A stretch of 64,000 bases of DNA from Octopus vulgaris (lineage: Eukaryota). How positions within the stretch are numbered: the stretch's first letter is position 1; the number at the start of each line of letters is the position of its first letter. Below the pieces are notes generated by a model. That model saw only the letters and a list, made by a program, of their open reading frames with translations, did no database searches and was not told where the DNA came from. This document shows, one piece after another, positions 1 through 13,907 of the stretch. The translations under genes were made by a program, and so were the position numbers. Where the stretch lies: positions 32,178,001-32,242,000 of the forward strand of contig OX597822.1 of assembly GCA_951406725.2 (NCBI GenBank), read 5' to 3'.

Positions 1-1532
1 TCGTTTAACGTATTCTAACGTTTTTCTTGCGACTTCAGACACATATTTTGATAGAAATATTTTCACACAATTTAATCAGATGGTATTTCGGCGAAGGGAG
101 ATTCAAAAGGAAGCCATTCAAATTTGTCATACGATTTTTGTATACAGACGCAGGAACAAGCACACACGTACAATCACGAGCCTGCACATAAATACACATG
201 AATACATACATACATACACACATACATACATACATACATACATACATACATACATACATACATACATACATACATACATAAATCCATACATAGAAATATA
301 TATATATATATATAATATATACATACATATATATATATATATATATAATATATACATACATGTATATATATATATTTATATATATACACCCCCAACATGG
401 TTTATACGCACACACAAATACATATACATATATATATGTATATGTATATATGAATATATACATACATAAACATACGCACACATTTATGTGTGTATGCTAA
501 CATTTTTATATACTTTTGTGTTTTTATATGTTGATATTTAAGTGATTTGTTTGTGTGATTGTGTGTATATTTTTCTATGTATACACAATCGTATATTCGT
601 CTACACTGTAATTTTAAGATTCCATTTCAAGATAAATGTCTTGTTGTTATAAATGTCTAAACTACATCAAATTATCTTTTCTTGTCGCATCTAACACATT
701 TCCAGACGAGTTGTTTGTTATAATTAGTTCGGTAAGACGGAATTTCATTTGAGTCTTGGAATTTTGGATAACCAACTAAAATGATGTATCTTACTTTGAT
801 CACAAATTCTGAAATATGTAATACGTTCAGTAAAACTTTTATAGATTCAGGTCCTATATTTTATCAAATCTACGATGCGTAATCATACTATATATGTGTA
901 ATAAATATTAGTTTGTAATTAAAAAACCTGAAGAATTGGTGGCGCCAGGTGAATCTGAAAACAGTGATCTTAATACGTTTTTAAACGCGTTATCAACGTA
1001 ATCAAGTTTAATGGCTTATAAATGAGAAATGAATCTTTGTAGTTGATTTGTCTTCCATAAAATTCATCTCCTCACTTTTCAGAAGTTGCCGCATGTCTTG
1101 TGGTCGAGTGAGGTGGAGTGTGGTAGGTGTGAAATGTATCCTATTTCAATTGAATTCAACAGGTTTTACAGCCGACAGGTTTTTAATTACATCAGTGCTT
1201 TCTTTTTTTTTATTCAATGAACGAGCAATGGGCTAAACCACAAATAAATAATTCAGACCACTTACATTAAGTGTTATGAAATGCGGGACACATATTCAAT
1301 TTCGTCAAGTGTTTTCTAAGTTCAAACTTATATTAAAAACTGAACTAGGATTTGATTTCTGAAAGTTTCTAAATTATGATATCGGTGCCGTAACAATAAA
1401 GATTCTATGGAGTGTGGTGGGGTAGAATTTATAAGAACTGAGTAATAATTCAAGCATAACACTAGAAAAACCAAATTTGTCACAACTGCCTTTCCGTCGA
1501 TTAAGAAAACAAAGGTTCCAGTTGATATGGTC

Positions 1533-1811
1533 AACGAAACAGTCGGCTCGCGAAATCAACGTGCAAGTGACTGAGCACTTCACAGACACGCGCATTTTTA
1601 ATGTAGTTCTGAGAGTGGTTCAGCGGGACACAGACTGTGATATGACTGGCATTTTGAGTTACATGTATAACTCATATTTGACAGCTGAGTTGGCTGGTGC
1701 AGCGGGAAATAAAGCACTTTGTGCAAGTTCACAAAGCGCCACTAAGGCATCAAAATCACGATCTTACGATTGTGAGCCGAATACCCTAACCACTAAGCCA
1801 CACTTCTTCAC
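1533..1811 (-). mobile_element. Degenerate tRNA/CORE-type SINE (same family as 29111-29431)
   Basis: Reverse complement of the 29111-29431 copy; tRNA-like head (ccctaaccactaagccac) at the right end. Confidence 0.7.
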
Positions 1812-1985
1812 AGTTATCATCTTGAGTTGTATCAGGAAATGAGGATCAAAATGCCCTTAATATTATTGAGTATGTTCCATGCGAAGCCTCAGTGCAATTT
1901 GATATCATAGACTCTGCCTGCAGTGTAAAATTATCTAAAAGGCTAAAAACAATCTTACTCTGTTATCGAGACTTAATATATTTGG

Positions 1986-2760
1986 CATGGCTGCGTGATT
2001 AAGAAGCTTGATTTAGAACCAGGTAGTTTCAGGTTCAGTCCTTCTGCGCTTCACACTAAGCAAGTGCTTTTACGATATCTCCTAACCGATCTATGTCATG
2101 GGACAATGTTTAATAGACGGAGACTGCGTGGAAAGCCATATATATGTACTTGTACTTGTACTTGTGGCGACATTCATCCTGAGTGGGTTGAGTCGGTTTC
2201 TTCTACAATCCTCGAGACATCTCGAACCATGGCAGCCCACGCACGACGGTCCTGCGCCAGTTCACTGGAGATAGCGAGCCAGTCACGGTTCCATCTGCGC
2301 AGGCCGATCACCTCCTTCATGCTCCTTGATCGTCGTAGCCCAGGTCTTCAGCTGCCCGCCCGCGCGTTTCCGCCAGTTGGGAAGTGGAGTTGGGAGGACA
2401 TCACGGCTCAGTTCACCCACCGGACGCCTACATGCATGGCCAAACCACCGCAAGCGCCGTTGCAGAAGGACAGATGGAAGGGGCCGCAGAGACAGGCGAA
2501 GTCGGAGATTGGCGGTGGGAACTCGATCCACCCAACGGCAGCGAAGAATGCACCGGAGGCAGTCATTGTCGAAGACTTCCAGCCATCCATATATATGTGC
2601 GTGCGTGTGCGTGTGTGCATGTGTTTCTGAGTGAGTGTACGCGTGCGTGTGTTTGCCTCGGTGTGTGTGTATATGTATGTGTATGTTTTGTGGATAAAAT
2701 AAATACCAGTAAATCAACGAAGACGATTTTATCGACTTTGGCCCTTCCCTGAAACTGCTG
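1986..2760 (+). mobile_element. Old CORE-type SINE (family A) interrupted by an RTE insertion
   Basis: Head gcatggctgcgtgattaagaagcttg...ggttcagtcc, and gacggagactg before a central (TA)/(TG) tract, resemble younger copies such as 63165-63561. Confidence 0.6.
2148..2586 (-). mobile_element. 5'-truncated RTE-clade LINE (ORF C-terminus, 3' end and (CAAGTA)n tail) with 12-bp TSD
   Basis: Translates LEVFDNDCLRCILRCRWVDRV...LQRRLRWFGHACRR...GGQLKTW, then after a frameshift GLRRWNRDWLAISSELAQDRRAWAAMVRD...STHSG*. TSD ccatatatatgt at 2136-2147 and 2587-2598. Confidence 0.93.
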
Positions 2761-3067
2761 TCCTTCAGTCAAAATTTTAAACCAACATAAAAAATGTCTA
2801 TTAGTTTAATCATGAAAATCATAATTCTCCACATCCTGTTTACATGTAACTGAACGCTACATAATATTGAATGTATGAAAACGAATTGTAATCCTGATCG
2901 ATAGAAAACTTTCCCTTACAGATTACAGGTTTATAATTTGGACGTCTAAAGCTTTACTTTACTAACATCCTACACACTGTCACCAACTGTAATCGTTTGT
3001 ACAGGGACATTATTGAAGTTGAATGGCCTGCTCTTCTGCAGTTTGGACTACGATGGACGTAATACAT

Positions 3068-3174
<107 letters not shown>

Positions 3175-3279
3175 TGTATATATATATGTATGCATGTATA
3201 TATGCATATGTATATATATATACATATACATACACATACACATACATATATATATGTATGCATGTATATATGCATATGT

Positions 3280-3324
<45 letters not shown>

Positions 3325-3326
3325 AA

Positions 3327-4081
3327 CTAGGTGATGTACCAGGTAAATTCCGGGAAAGTGGGGCTTATCCTTTGGTCCCGTTCTCATGATTGTCTCGCTA
3401 ATCCAATAACAACAATCCAAAGTATTACATTTACAGAGAATACCGAACTGTCTTGCACAGGATCTTGATTTTAGGAATAACCAATAAGTTATGAATACCC
3501 AAATTCTGAAGTCAGTTATGTAATAACATGAAATTAGTTGTAGCCCCGAAAAGTGATTTAATGCGCTCCGAGTCTATATAAAACATAGGATGAAATACTA
3601 ATACGGTATGTATACTAATCAGATATGAGATAATAACAATTCAGAGTAAATAACACTGAAAAGAGCTTTTGTACGTTCCCAGAGAATATTACCCTCAGAG
3701 CACTAGTGTTGGTATATTCGTAATAATGAAATAAGTGGATCTATTGCTTAGGAAAATAATATTTACTTGTTTAAAGGTTGTACTGGATAAATTGTAAAAA
3801 TAACTCTAACAGTTCAAATACTAAGAAATAAGCCCACTCAATTTGATTTTTGCTAAATAATTTAGGAAAATGAATGGGTTATATCCCTTGGCTATATGTA
3901 AGGATCCCTTACACGGGCTCTACTATCGATTTTTTTCAACAATCTTAGTATGCCAGGAGGTTTCCAGACATAAATTCTACTCACTTGTCAAGTTTGATCA
4001 AAATCGATAACATGATATACGAGGAGTCACCTAACACCTACACACACAACCATAGACAGAATTTCCCACATATGTAGTAGA
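3327..4081 (-). mobile_element. Non-autonomous Helitron
   Basis: Minus strand begins A|TCtactaca and ends with an imperfect hairpin (cccggaatttacctgg) followed by CTAG|T. Subterminal caagtttgatcaaaatcg...cacacac motif is shared with the other Helitron ends here. Confidence 0.72.
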
Positions 4082-4616
4082 TGTGTGTATGTATGTATAT
4101 ATATATAAATATATAGTAACAAAGGGTAAAATCAATTAATTAAGAAGTAATCAATAATTTCATCAAGTAGAATTCGGTATGAAAAAGGGACCGTTTCACG
4201 GCAAAATTAAGTAATACTAATAAAAGGGTTCAGCAAAGATTTGCTTCACCACACACCGAAGTTTAGAAATAGCAGCCAAAAATCTTAGCTATTTCTATAT
4301 ATGTCTATATATATATATATATATAGACATATACAGACATTACAAACACATACATACGTACATATATATATATGTGTATAGTTATATTTAAAAAAAAGAA
4401 TACAAGATAAACTCCTAATTTCCTCCTGAATATAGGTTGTACTTAGAAGCACTAAAGAAATTCAGACAACAGATAAATATATATGTGAGGATAACAGCAG
4501 ATAATTCAGTCCGCTCACAATTATCCAATTCGCTTTTATCAATAGAATTGATATAGAAGAATCACCAGAAGCACATACATAATTATTATATAGAATATAC
4601 CAAAATATAACGAAGT

Positions 4617-4657
<41 letters not shown>

Positions 4658-4659
4658 GT

Positions 4660-5768
4660 TTAGATATAAATACATGAAGAAGAAGATAGGAGTGGTGTGA
4701 GAGCCGTTGTATCTACTTTATTGGTGAAGTGACATAAGTTGACCTGTTGTGGTTGCAGCAGTAGTGGTAGAAACTGTTCTAAATAAATTCATGGGTAGGT
4801 ACTGTTTTTAATTTACCTACCGTTTTTAATATTTGCCTGGATATTATTTTAAGATCCTTGTAGTAGTGTTGTATGTGGTGTAAGCATTCCAAAGAGATTT
4901 ATATTTTTCGATAAAATATGATTCTTTCATAATGCGATGATTATAGGTCGCAATCTACGTAAATTTATAGAGGGAAAAACATTCCGAAGTTGCGTAGTTC
5001 ATTAGTAGAGCAATTGTTGATGTGTTCACTCGATGCAATTTTTTCTGTATTGCCGTATTTTAATCTGGGATCTATGTACGGTCATCGTCTGGTGTAGACT
5101 GTTTTTCGTTTGACCGATGTATTGCTCTGGGCACCTAGAGCAAGTTAACACATATATTTCCGAAGCGCATGTGAAATTGTTTTTTTACTGTAAAACTCCG
5201 ATCCCTCAATTAGGTTCACGTTTATACTACAGTTAGGTCTTTTGCATTTTCTTGCTGTCAATTGCCATGTTGTTGACGAGTGTACTCGGGCTTGTGTTAG
5301 AAGACTTTCCATTGACTTGCGTTGTCATTTGATCTATATGATGGTGTGCGGTTTGGAGGATTTGATTCATTCTATGGTCCCTTTTTAGTAAAGGGAAGTT
5401 CTGGAGGATGGTTTCGAAGGCCTCATTTTTAGGGGCTTATGCGTGGATATGTATAGTAGGACTTTTAGTTGTAATTCATTCTTTAGTTTGGGATGTCTGA
5501 GTTCGTGTAGGGCACGATGAAAGTCTATATCAATTAGTGATGCTGTGTAATTCCTCCTGATGAGTGTATCCTTTAGTTTGTGTTGTCGGGTGTCTCTGGT
5601 GCTTATATCAGATACTATAGTGCAAATCCTTTTTACCAGGTTGAAAGGGATACTTATTGTGGTGTATCTGGGTTGGCATGAGTAGAGGGGTAGATATTGC
5701 TAGGAGTCCCTGACTTTATAGTATATGTCTGTTTCTATTTTGCTCTTGGATTTCTTAATGAGGATGTT
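4660..5768 (-). pseudogene. Penelope-like retroelement remnant: RT thumb and GIY-YIG endonuclease
   Basis: NILIKKSKSKIETDIYYK..DS*QYLPLYSCQPRYTTISIPFNLVKRICTIVSD (about 5600-5768) and FTCASEIYVLTCSRCPEQYIGQTKNSLHQTMTVHRSQI (about 5060-5180); stops and frameshifts present. Confidence 0.9.
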
Positions 5769-6110
5769 TGTGTTATTTGGAGAATCAGGTGGGCAATATC
5801 TCTTGCATATGACTATATTGTGTTGTCTTATTCATACAACTACAGTGTCACATACCGAATTTGAGTATGACAGTATGACCTTGGGCGTGAGGTCCTCACG
5901 GATGTATAAAACAATTCCATCATGGCTTCTTGCCTTCTATCTGTTCGTAGTATGGTATAGTTTGGTACGTGTACGTCTGCATCCTCTATTTAAGGCCTAA
6001 ATGTGTTTCTACAAGTGCTATACATAGGGCTTGATTGTATGCAGCAAAGTCTCTGAGAAAAAAGATTTTTTTTGTTGTGATGCAACAGGCCTCCAATATT
6101 TAGTAAAATT
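5769..6110 (-). pseudogene. CR1/L2-group LINE ORF2 AP-endonuclease N-terminal half
   Basis: NIGGL...CIALVETHL...IEDADVHVPNYTILRTDR..RSHDGIVLYIREDL...YSNSVCD...NIVICKRYCPPDS with frameshifts; these are APE motifs. Confidence 0.85.
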
Positions 6111-6367
6111 ATTGGCGTGACGACAGTGCTGGCATTAGTAGAAGCTATCCTGTGTCTGTTGATTGTGGTGGTCTTGCGCAGTGGTGGGCAAGATTCCGTG
6201 TTTGCGCTTGATCTAGCCAGGTCAGCCGATGCCCAAAATTTTGCGCCATGCGCAAAGAAGACTCTTGCTCAGCTGCTGTCTTTCGCATAACATTTGAAGA
6301 GCGCACTGCATCTGCATAGTTCCGCTTTGTAGATGATTCGTGCCTCGCCTCTGGGAAGTATTTCTCT

Positions 6368-6790
6368 TTAATATCCCCGCAGTTTTGGCGGGATCCCGGG
6401 TGAGAAAACTGTAGTTTTACTGTCTTTCCTATGCAAACACATACCTTGCCGATACACTTTGCATATCTTCGTCTTCAATTTTTTTCTCACCTCTAGAGTT
6501 GAGGATTCCATAGGAGCCTTCATATTTGAGTGGATTTTTGTTTGTTGTTTGGTGGTTTTGAGTTTCGATTTTAGTTGTATTTCTTTCATTTTGCTTTTTT
6601 CCTTTTCCTTCCTCTCCTTTTTCCTTTTTAAGCTTTTGCTTGTGGTCTTTACTTCCTTTAATGACTGCAGTCCTTGCATTACCTTGGTTAACTTTTCTAG
6701 GACCACTGGCACAGAGGGAATTCTGGTTGTTCCTTCTTCATCTTCCCTATCGTTATCAGCCTGATTGTTCACAGGAGTGGGGGGGTCCAT
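6368..6790 (-). pseudogene. Probable LINE ORF1 remnant (basic region plus CCCH-like zinc finger)
   Basis: ORF-track protein ends ...KICKVYRQGMCLHRKDSK, with SFSHP in the adjacent frame; lies directly upstream of the APE remnant on the same strand. Confidence 0.55.
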
Positions 6791-6830
6791 TCTTTTGGGG
6801 AATCACTGCTTCAAAGGTATATGTGTGTAC

Positions 6831-6882
<52 letters not shown>

Positions 6883-7774
6883 TGATATTTATATATATAT
6901 AGAGAGAGATACATATATATATATATATATATACATTTATACATACATACGTACGTATACATTATATACGTTTATTTTTTCATATGACTTATCACGCTAA
7001 CATGACTGTAGATACAAATCTTATCATTTCAGTTTGTAAAACACACACAGAAGATTATTAAGCTTTATTAAACATGGAACATTTCAAATAAGCCGGATAT
7101 AATATCTGAATAGATATGAAACTAAACATTTAAAAAGTAGGTTCTTGCAAAAACAAAAATACCATATTCTTCAATGACTGAAATATCATTAGAAGTAGCA
7201 AAATATATACTGTGTAAATATAATCCTCCACATGTTATTTCCTGTGTCTCCACAAAATGTCAACGCGATTGATCCAATATTCGTGATTTGCCAACTCATC
7301 TCCAAGTAAGTTAAAATCATTCGTTTTGTTACGCATCGAATACTTATATCAGAAACAACAAAGCGAAAATGCCTTTCGTTATTGGTTTCTAACTGTAAAA
7401 TTCTTTTCGAAACAAATCATATGTAATTAAGCTCACATAGGTAATCTTTCAATGTGAGCTATCTTTCTACTATACACATGTACACGCGAGCATACAAGCA
7501 CACATACAAACACACATATATAGAAGCTCATGTTTACGTATCTCCATACATGCATAGAGATGCATATATATTTTTTAAAAATTTTAGAAGAGATATCATC
7601 AGTTCGTGATTTCTGCTCCGACAATCAATGACAAAGTGAATGGATCAGCCGGGGTTGTTAAGTATTTTATACGGAGCCCTGCTGTTCTGTCAATTTCCTT
7701 GCTCAGGTAGGCGTAGCATTTATTAGTGGTAGTACCACGCGTTTGCTGTCTCTGTTTCTTCCTCCCTCAATCTA

Positions 7775-7823
<49 letters not shown>

Positions 7824-8378
7824 ATATATAATATTATGGATCTCCGAGCACCAAAAAAAAAAAAAGCTGTTGGACTTATAACACATTTCTGCCACCCACT
7901 TTAAGTTTCTCTGTCGTTCGTACTTTGAGTAACTTCGACCAATTGATATAAATACCTATATATTTATAACTAACAAATTGTCATATGGGAGATTCTTCAT
8001 TTTGATTTCTTTAATTTTACATGTATACCTATAGACATATTTTGCATTCCGTGTTTTACACGTGTAGCACTTTTACACATCAGCAGATAGATTTTCATGC
8101 TACCTGTATATATTTCAAGCGAGCGATTTAAATTATCTTGGAGAATGAGTTGAATATATGGCCACAATAACCTGAAATATCGATATTTATTGTTCTCATT
8201 CACCATGGGGTGATTCGTTTCGCTTGACTTTCAAGTAAACTGTTATTCTTTACATTTTCCCCCTTTAATACCACAGCTTAAGAGTGTTTAACACCATGCA
8301 CACATTAAGCGATTGACAGTGGCACTATATGTGTGTGGGTTTATACGTATGTCCATATTTATATACATACATACATAC

Positions 8379-8507
<129 letters not shown>

Positions 8508-8575
8508 ATTTTTTGGCGTCATGAGATTAAAAAAAAACAAGACTGTGTAGATATAAGAATATTTATAGGCAGAAA

Positions 8576-8627
8576 GTATTACAGTTTTTTCCAGGATACT
8601 TATTAATTATATCCCTTCTTCGCAGAC
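8576..8627 (-). ncRNA. Degenerate minimal hammerhead-like motif in a PLE-type terminal segment (about 8505-8800)
   Basis: gtct-gcgaaga-agggata..tatcctg-gaaa-aaactg-ta-atac; the sister copy at 58102-58117 reads gaaa-cggctg-ta-agac, which restores the stem I pairing. Confidence 0.5.
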
Positions 8628-11600
8628 GGTGTGAGAGGATGGGTAAGGAATAATTAATTTAGATAGGATACAAAATAGAGAGTGAGGTGGAGGAAAGAAA
8701 ATAGACGTGAGATATGTAGGGATATTGAATTTGTAGATCCCTTTTTTAGGCAGAATGTTATATATGTAAGATTCCAGTACCTTATGAGAAAAATGCAACA
8801 GTATTTAAAATTGTTCATTGCAAGTATAGAGTTTATACACAATGTGCTCTAAGGGTAGATAGTCTTGTCATTTACTACAGGAAGCACTCAACAATCGACG
8901 GTAATCTGAAACCATATGAAAAATTTCTCCTATAGAAACTTAGTTTTCGAAGAACCAAAGAATCCGTGTATTGAATCGGATATTGAATTTGTAGATCCAT
9001 TTTTTAGGCAGAATGATATATATGTAAGATTCCAATACATTATGAGTAAGATCCAACAGTATGTAATCCTTATATACACACGCTGATATATGATCAACGT
9101 TGAACCCCTTATTTCCAAAATCACAGAACCTGAAAATTAACTATGGTCTGTTCATAGCACTTATTCAGCATTACCTGACACCTTTGGGTCTCAATGACAC
9201 CATTACCTCTTATATATATACATACATATATATTATGAATGCACATTCATGTATGACTGTCTATATGTATACCTACATACACACTTTCAAGCCAACACAA
9301 TTTTTACATATAAGTGTATATATTCCGAAACCAATATATTCATTGTACTGTTAGCATGAGAAATCGCACGACAATCTATTTAACTTATCTCTAAACACCG
9401 TAATATTTTCATATTTAGCCTTATGTTCCTGTGTACACGTGGTAGTTATTCACTCAATAATCATGTATTTCACACGTTGTCATATTTTTCACTTCACACT
9501 CTGAGACTCAGTTCATAAACACAGCAACTAATGGCCAACGTTTTAGTTTGTAAGCACTTGCAAAAAATAGCATGAACATGAAAACATTTCGTAAAACGAA
9601 GGCACAGGCATAACTTAAACAAACTAATCTCCGGCAATGACAAGATAAATGCCATAAGCTACAATAAAAGCTATAACAGCAATAAATCACAGTTACGTTT
9701 TTTTTTTTCTGTCACTATCGAAAAACCGGAGATTAAAACCAGCAAAATGTGAACAGTACCGCAATTAGTTAGAACCTTCAAGACGTCATGAAAGCATTCC
9801 AGAAAGTCAAGGTGATAGCATAACTTAAATACCCTAATCTCCAGAAGTGACATAGCGTACATATCGTAAGCTACAGTAATGAAATAAGAATGTGATGGCC
9901 TACAGGAATGACATAATACTAATGTCAAAATGTTCGACAGTGGAATTATAGAAATGTTTCAAACCACAGCGCTGAGAGAACAACGATGTTACAAGCTACG
10001 TGCAATGACATAACAGCAACGCAATAAGCTCCGGCAATGTGATAAAATCCTTACCATAATATATGGTAATTGTAATCTAGTAATGCGTTAATCTAAAAGA
10101 ATCACATAACAACAATCCCGTATTCAATTTATTGGGAATAAACCACGCAAACTCTCCAAGCAATGCCAAAGGGTGAAATATATATAATGAGCTACAAAAC
10201 CTCGCACAGTTTAACTGTACCGGCGAATATTATTCGGAATACCATTATTTTATTTAGTCAGTAATTTTCTGTTTCACAGGTACACTGAAGCATTTTCCGG
10301 AATATTTCAGTTAAGGCCAGCAATAGATCTATGATTAACGTAGAATTATAGATCTCTAATTAAAATCAGCAGTGTATACCTACAGCAGAAACAATCTAAA
10401 CCGAATGCAGTTGTAGATCAAAGACTAATTTTTCTTGGATAGAAAATACCATTCAAAAGAAATAGCATGCCATACTGATGTAGGATCGCTGAAATGGACA
10501 AAAACGACGTATATTTATATAAAACTGGATATTTATATATTTATTTATATATTCGGTCGATATGCCTGTTTGTTTTCATCCATAAAAATGTATAATGCAG
10601 TGCCACTTTCAAAAAGTGGACTTTTAAAAACAGGTAACAAAGAACGCCTGAGACAAACTGCAGTTCATTCACAAAAGCATGAATATAACATCATCGGTTT
10701 GATTATGTGCAAAGGAAAAACTGAACTTCTCAATCTTTCCAAGCATATTTTATGTATGGCGGAAGAAACACTTTCCCCGTACCACTACGAAAAGAAATAA
10801 AAACTAAGCATATAATCTATAACAGTGCACAGTGAAATATAGATCTATCATAGAGGTTAAGAAAGAAAAATAAGGCAAAAAATTCCAACATCAAATTTAA
10901 TAAAATTGTTGGTTGATACAAATTACAAAAAACGATAACTTGAACGAAAGGGCTATTTTTATGTGCACGATCCGACACGAATCCTACTTGGAAATCCGAC
11001 TCAGAAAACGGAGCTAAAACTTTAAGCTAAACTTAGATTTTAACAGTGAAGTCAAGAAATGTTTTCTCTCTTTATGAAAAAAAATATTTTTTAAATTTCA
11101 GTTGTGAGTTACATTCTTCTACATGTAATTCATCTGTTGTGCATTAACCAAAAACACTATCAGCTCCGGGTAAAATTTTGAGTTAGTGAAGAGTGGAAAT
11201 TAAGGTTTATACTAAATGAAGCAAGTAAACCATATGGATTTTTTGGTTGTTCGAAAACTGAGTTTCTATAGGAAAAATTTTTCATTGGGTTTCAGATTGC
11301 CGTCGATCGTTGAATGCTTCCTCTAGTAATCGAATAGATTGTCTACACTTAGAGCACATATACCTTTGGGATATTTAGTCCATTACTCAACAATTCATCA
11401 TATTCACTGTACAAATTTGTCGACCAAACTATCAGATGTAACAATGGTAGTAACAATGTGCCTCCTCGCATTTTTGTAACTTTTGAATGATACCCCCCTC
11501 TGGATTATGAGGGTAGGTCAACTTATCCTTTAAACGTTACTCCAGCCTACAAAAGTGTTATCCATTGATATCTGAGTGAAGTGGAGCAGTATCAATTAAG

Positions 11601-12357
11601 TGATTTGCTAAAGAGCCCGGTGCACCACCGGTCTGGAGTCGAAACTATGATTTTCCGATCGTTAGTGCAAAGTTCTAACTACTAGCCAATGTGTCTTCAC
11701 AATACAATATAATAGGCTGCTCATTTGAATAAGTAGAATATACTTCATAGAAACGAAAGTGGGAATCATTCACATTGGGTGTGCGTATGCGTGTGCATTT
11801 GCCGTTTTAATCGCTCAGCTGGTTTGAGTCCCATTCATGCAAACCTTTTATCAAAAGTTCGCTTGCTTTAAGAATACAGCATATGAAGTATATTTATGTC
11901 TAAATTACCCAACGGAATTTGAGGTTCGTTTCACTATTATGGTTTTCAGGACCAGCCACGTACATACACTTCCGTTAGTTGATTTTTACTGCATTCAGTG
12001 TGGGCTGATCGCTTTCATTATGTCGTCTGCAATCTGCGACCATTAATTCTAAATGTGATTCATTAATTCACACATGAATCTCTTATTTCATCTATGTTCG
12101 AAAACAGTTATTTTCGTCTGCTAACGAACCGAGGAAAAAAAGAAGCATTACGACGTATATTAATTTAGTTACAATATTAAGCTTGCTTTCCATTTTCGCA
12201 ACAATTTATAGACTTCGTTATAACCGCTGATTTTTAACAAATTTTAAGTAGATGAACAGAAGTGTCGGAAATTATGAATTGAGCGAATTAATGCAGATGC
12301 GCCCAGACGATATTTGTCTATTTATCTACACACACACACACACACACACACATGTAA

Positions 12358-12390
<33 letters not shown>

Positions 12391-12560
12391 CACACACACA
12401 CATATTAAAAAGTATATGTTTCTGTATGTATGTGTGTTTCTGGGTGATACGGGATACATTTTCTTTTACAACGTCAGTGAATGGATAGAAACAATGCCTC
12501 GTTAGTTAATCATCAATAATTAGCGTGTACAACATTTTCCTATATTAAAAGAATATATAT

Positions 12561-12694
12561 GCTTACCAGCCACGTGGTTCCAGGTTCATTCCCACTGCAT
12601 GATACCTTAAGCATTTGTCTTCTATTATGGCCTCGGGTCGAACAAAGTGTTGTGAATGAATTTGGTAGACGGAAAGTGAAAGAAGCCCGTCGTG

Positions 12695-12726
<32 letters not shown>

Positions 12727-12955
12727 CGTGTGCGCGCGCGCTGTGTTTCCGTGTGTGTGCGTTTGTACTCCCCAACATCGCCTAACAACTGATACTGGTG
12801 TGTTTACGTCCCCGTAATTTAATGGTTCGGCAAAACAGGCCGATAGAATAAGTAATAGGCTTACAAAGAAAAAGCCTGGGTCGATTTGCTCGACTAAAAG
12901 CAGTACCCCAGCATGACTTCAGTGAAATGACTGAATAAAATGAAAGAATAAAAGA
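12561..12955 (+). mobile_element. CORE-type SINE family A, 5'-truncated
   Basis: B-box-like ggttcattccc, CORE-like gataccttaagcatttgtcttct, central microsatellite, and 3' cagcatgacttcagtgaaatgactgaa tail. Confidence 0.85.
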
Positions 12956-12964
12956 ATGTATATA

Positions 12965-13019
<55 letters not shown>

Positions 13020-13104
13020 TTATCTATATATATATATATATATATACTTATTTAATTTATATATATATACATATATATGTATTTAGTTATATATATACAT
13101 ACAT

Positions 13105-13907
13105 ATACATACATACCCGCACATGTTTATATACGCATACACACACACGCATATACAAAAAATGAATATACATATGTCCCCCCAAAAAAAAACTAAAAAA
13201 ATGGAAAAATATTAAGTAAAAACGTCTATATATATATGCATTCTTATGCCCGCACTCACGCACACATCTAAAACTGCCCACTCATACATATTCACACACG
13301 TGTACAAATGAAACTATATACACGTCTATATAGGCACAGAAAAAAATGCAGGATAGAAAAGTACAGAAAAAATTATTATGTGTGAAAATATAAAAAAAAT
13401 ATATATATAAAAGAATATATATAAAAAAAATATATAAAAAAAATGAAATAATAAAAGGTATAATGAGATAAAAAAACTTTTTGGGACATAACATAGAAAG
13501 CATGTTCTATCTGTTTTCTTTAGGGGACCAAAAACGTAACAAAAAGTTTGTCACACGTGGGCATGATCCGAAAGTTCTGTCCTTGAGTTTAGACATGTAG
13601 TAGGGTCTAAGCTGCTTTTCCAGATAAGCCATCTCTCCATGTCGCATAGACCGCACTTTCCAGTGCCGTTGGTGTAGGGCTTACATTTGGCCAAAATCTT
13701 CCAATGGATGTTATAATCGACACCTTTATCTTTTAAAGACCAAATATGATTAGATATTTTTGTCGCTTTTGTTTTGTTCCAGTGCCTAAAACTCAAGGTG
13801 TCGTTATTGAACCTGGCCTTGAAATTACCCTCTGTAAGGCCCACGTATTTCTTCGTCGAAACGGTGTATTTAGTGGTTATAGAGTCCACGGTAGCTTCAT
13901 AGATGAT
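13105..13907 (-). mobile_element. Penelope-like element, inverted 5'-truncated copy (GIY-YIG EN plus 3' UTR)
   Basis: ORF 13551-13934: TIIYEATV...KKYVGLTEGNFKARFNN...SNHIWSLKDKG...CGLCDMER...LNSRTEL. Confidence 0.92.

Noticed and set aside
35-481. Long YI/CV/HT-repeat ORFs here and throughout the ORF track
   Set aside because: They are translations of stop-free (TA)n, (CA)n, (TACA)n and (GATA)n microsatellites, not genes.
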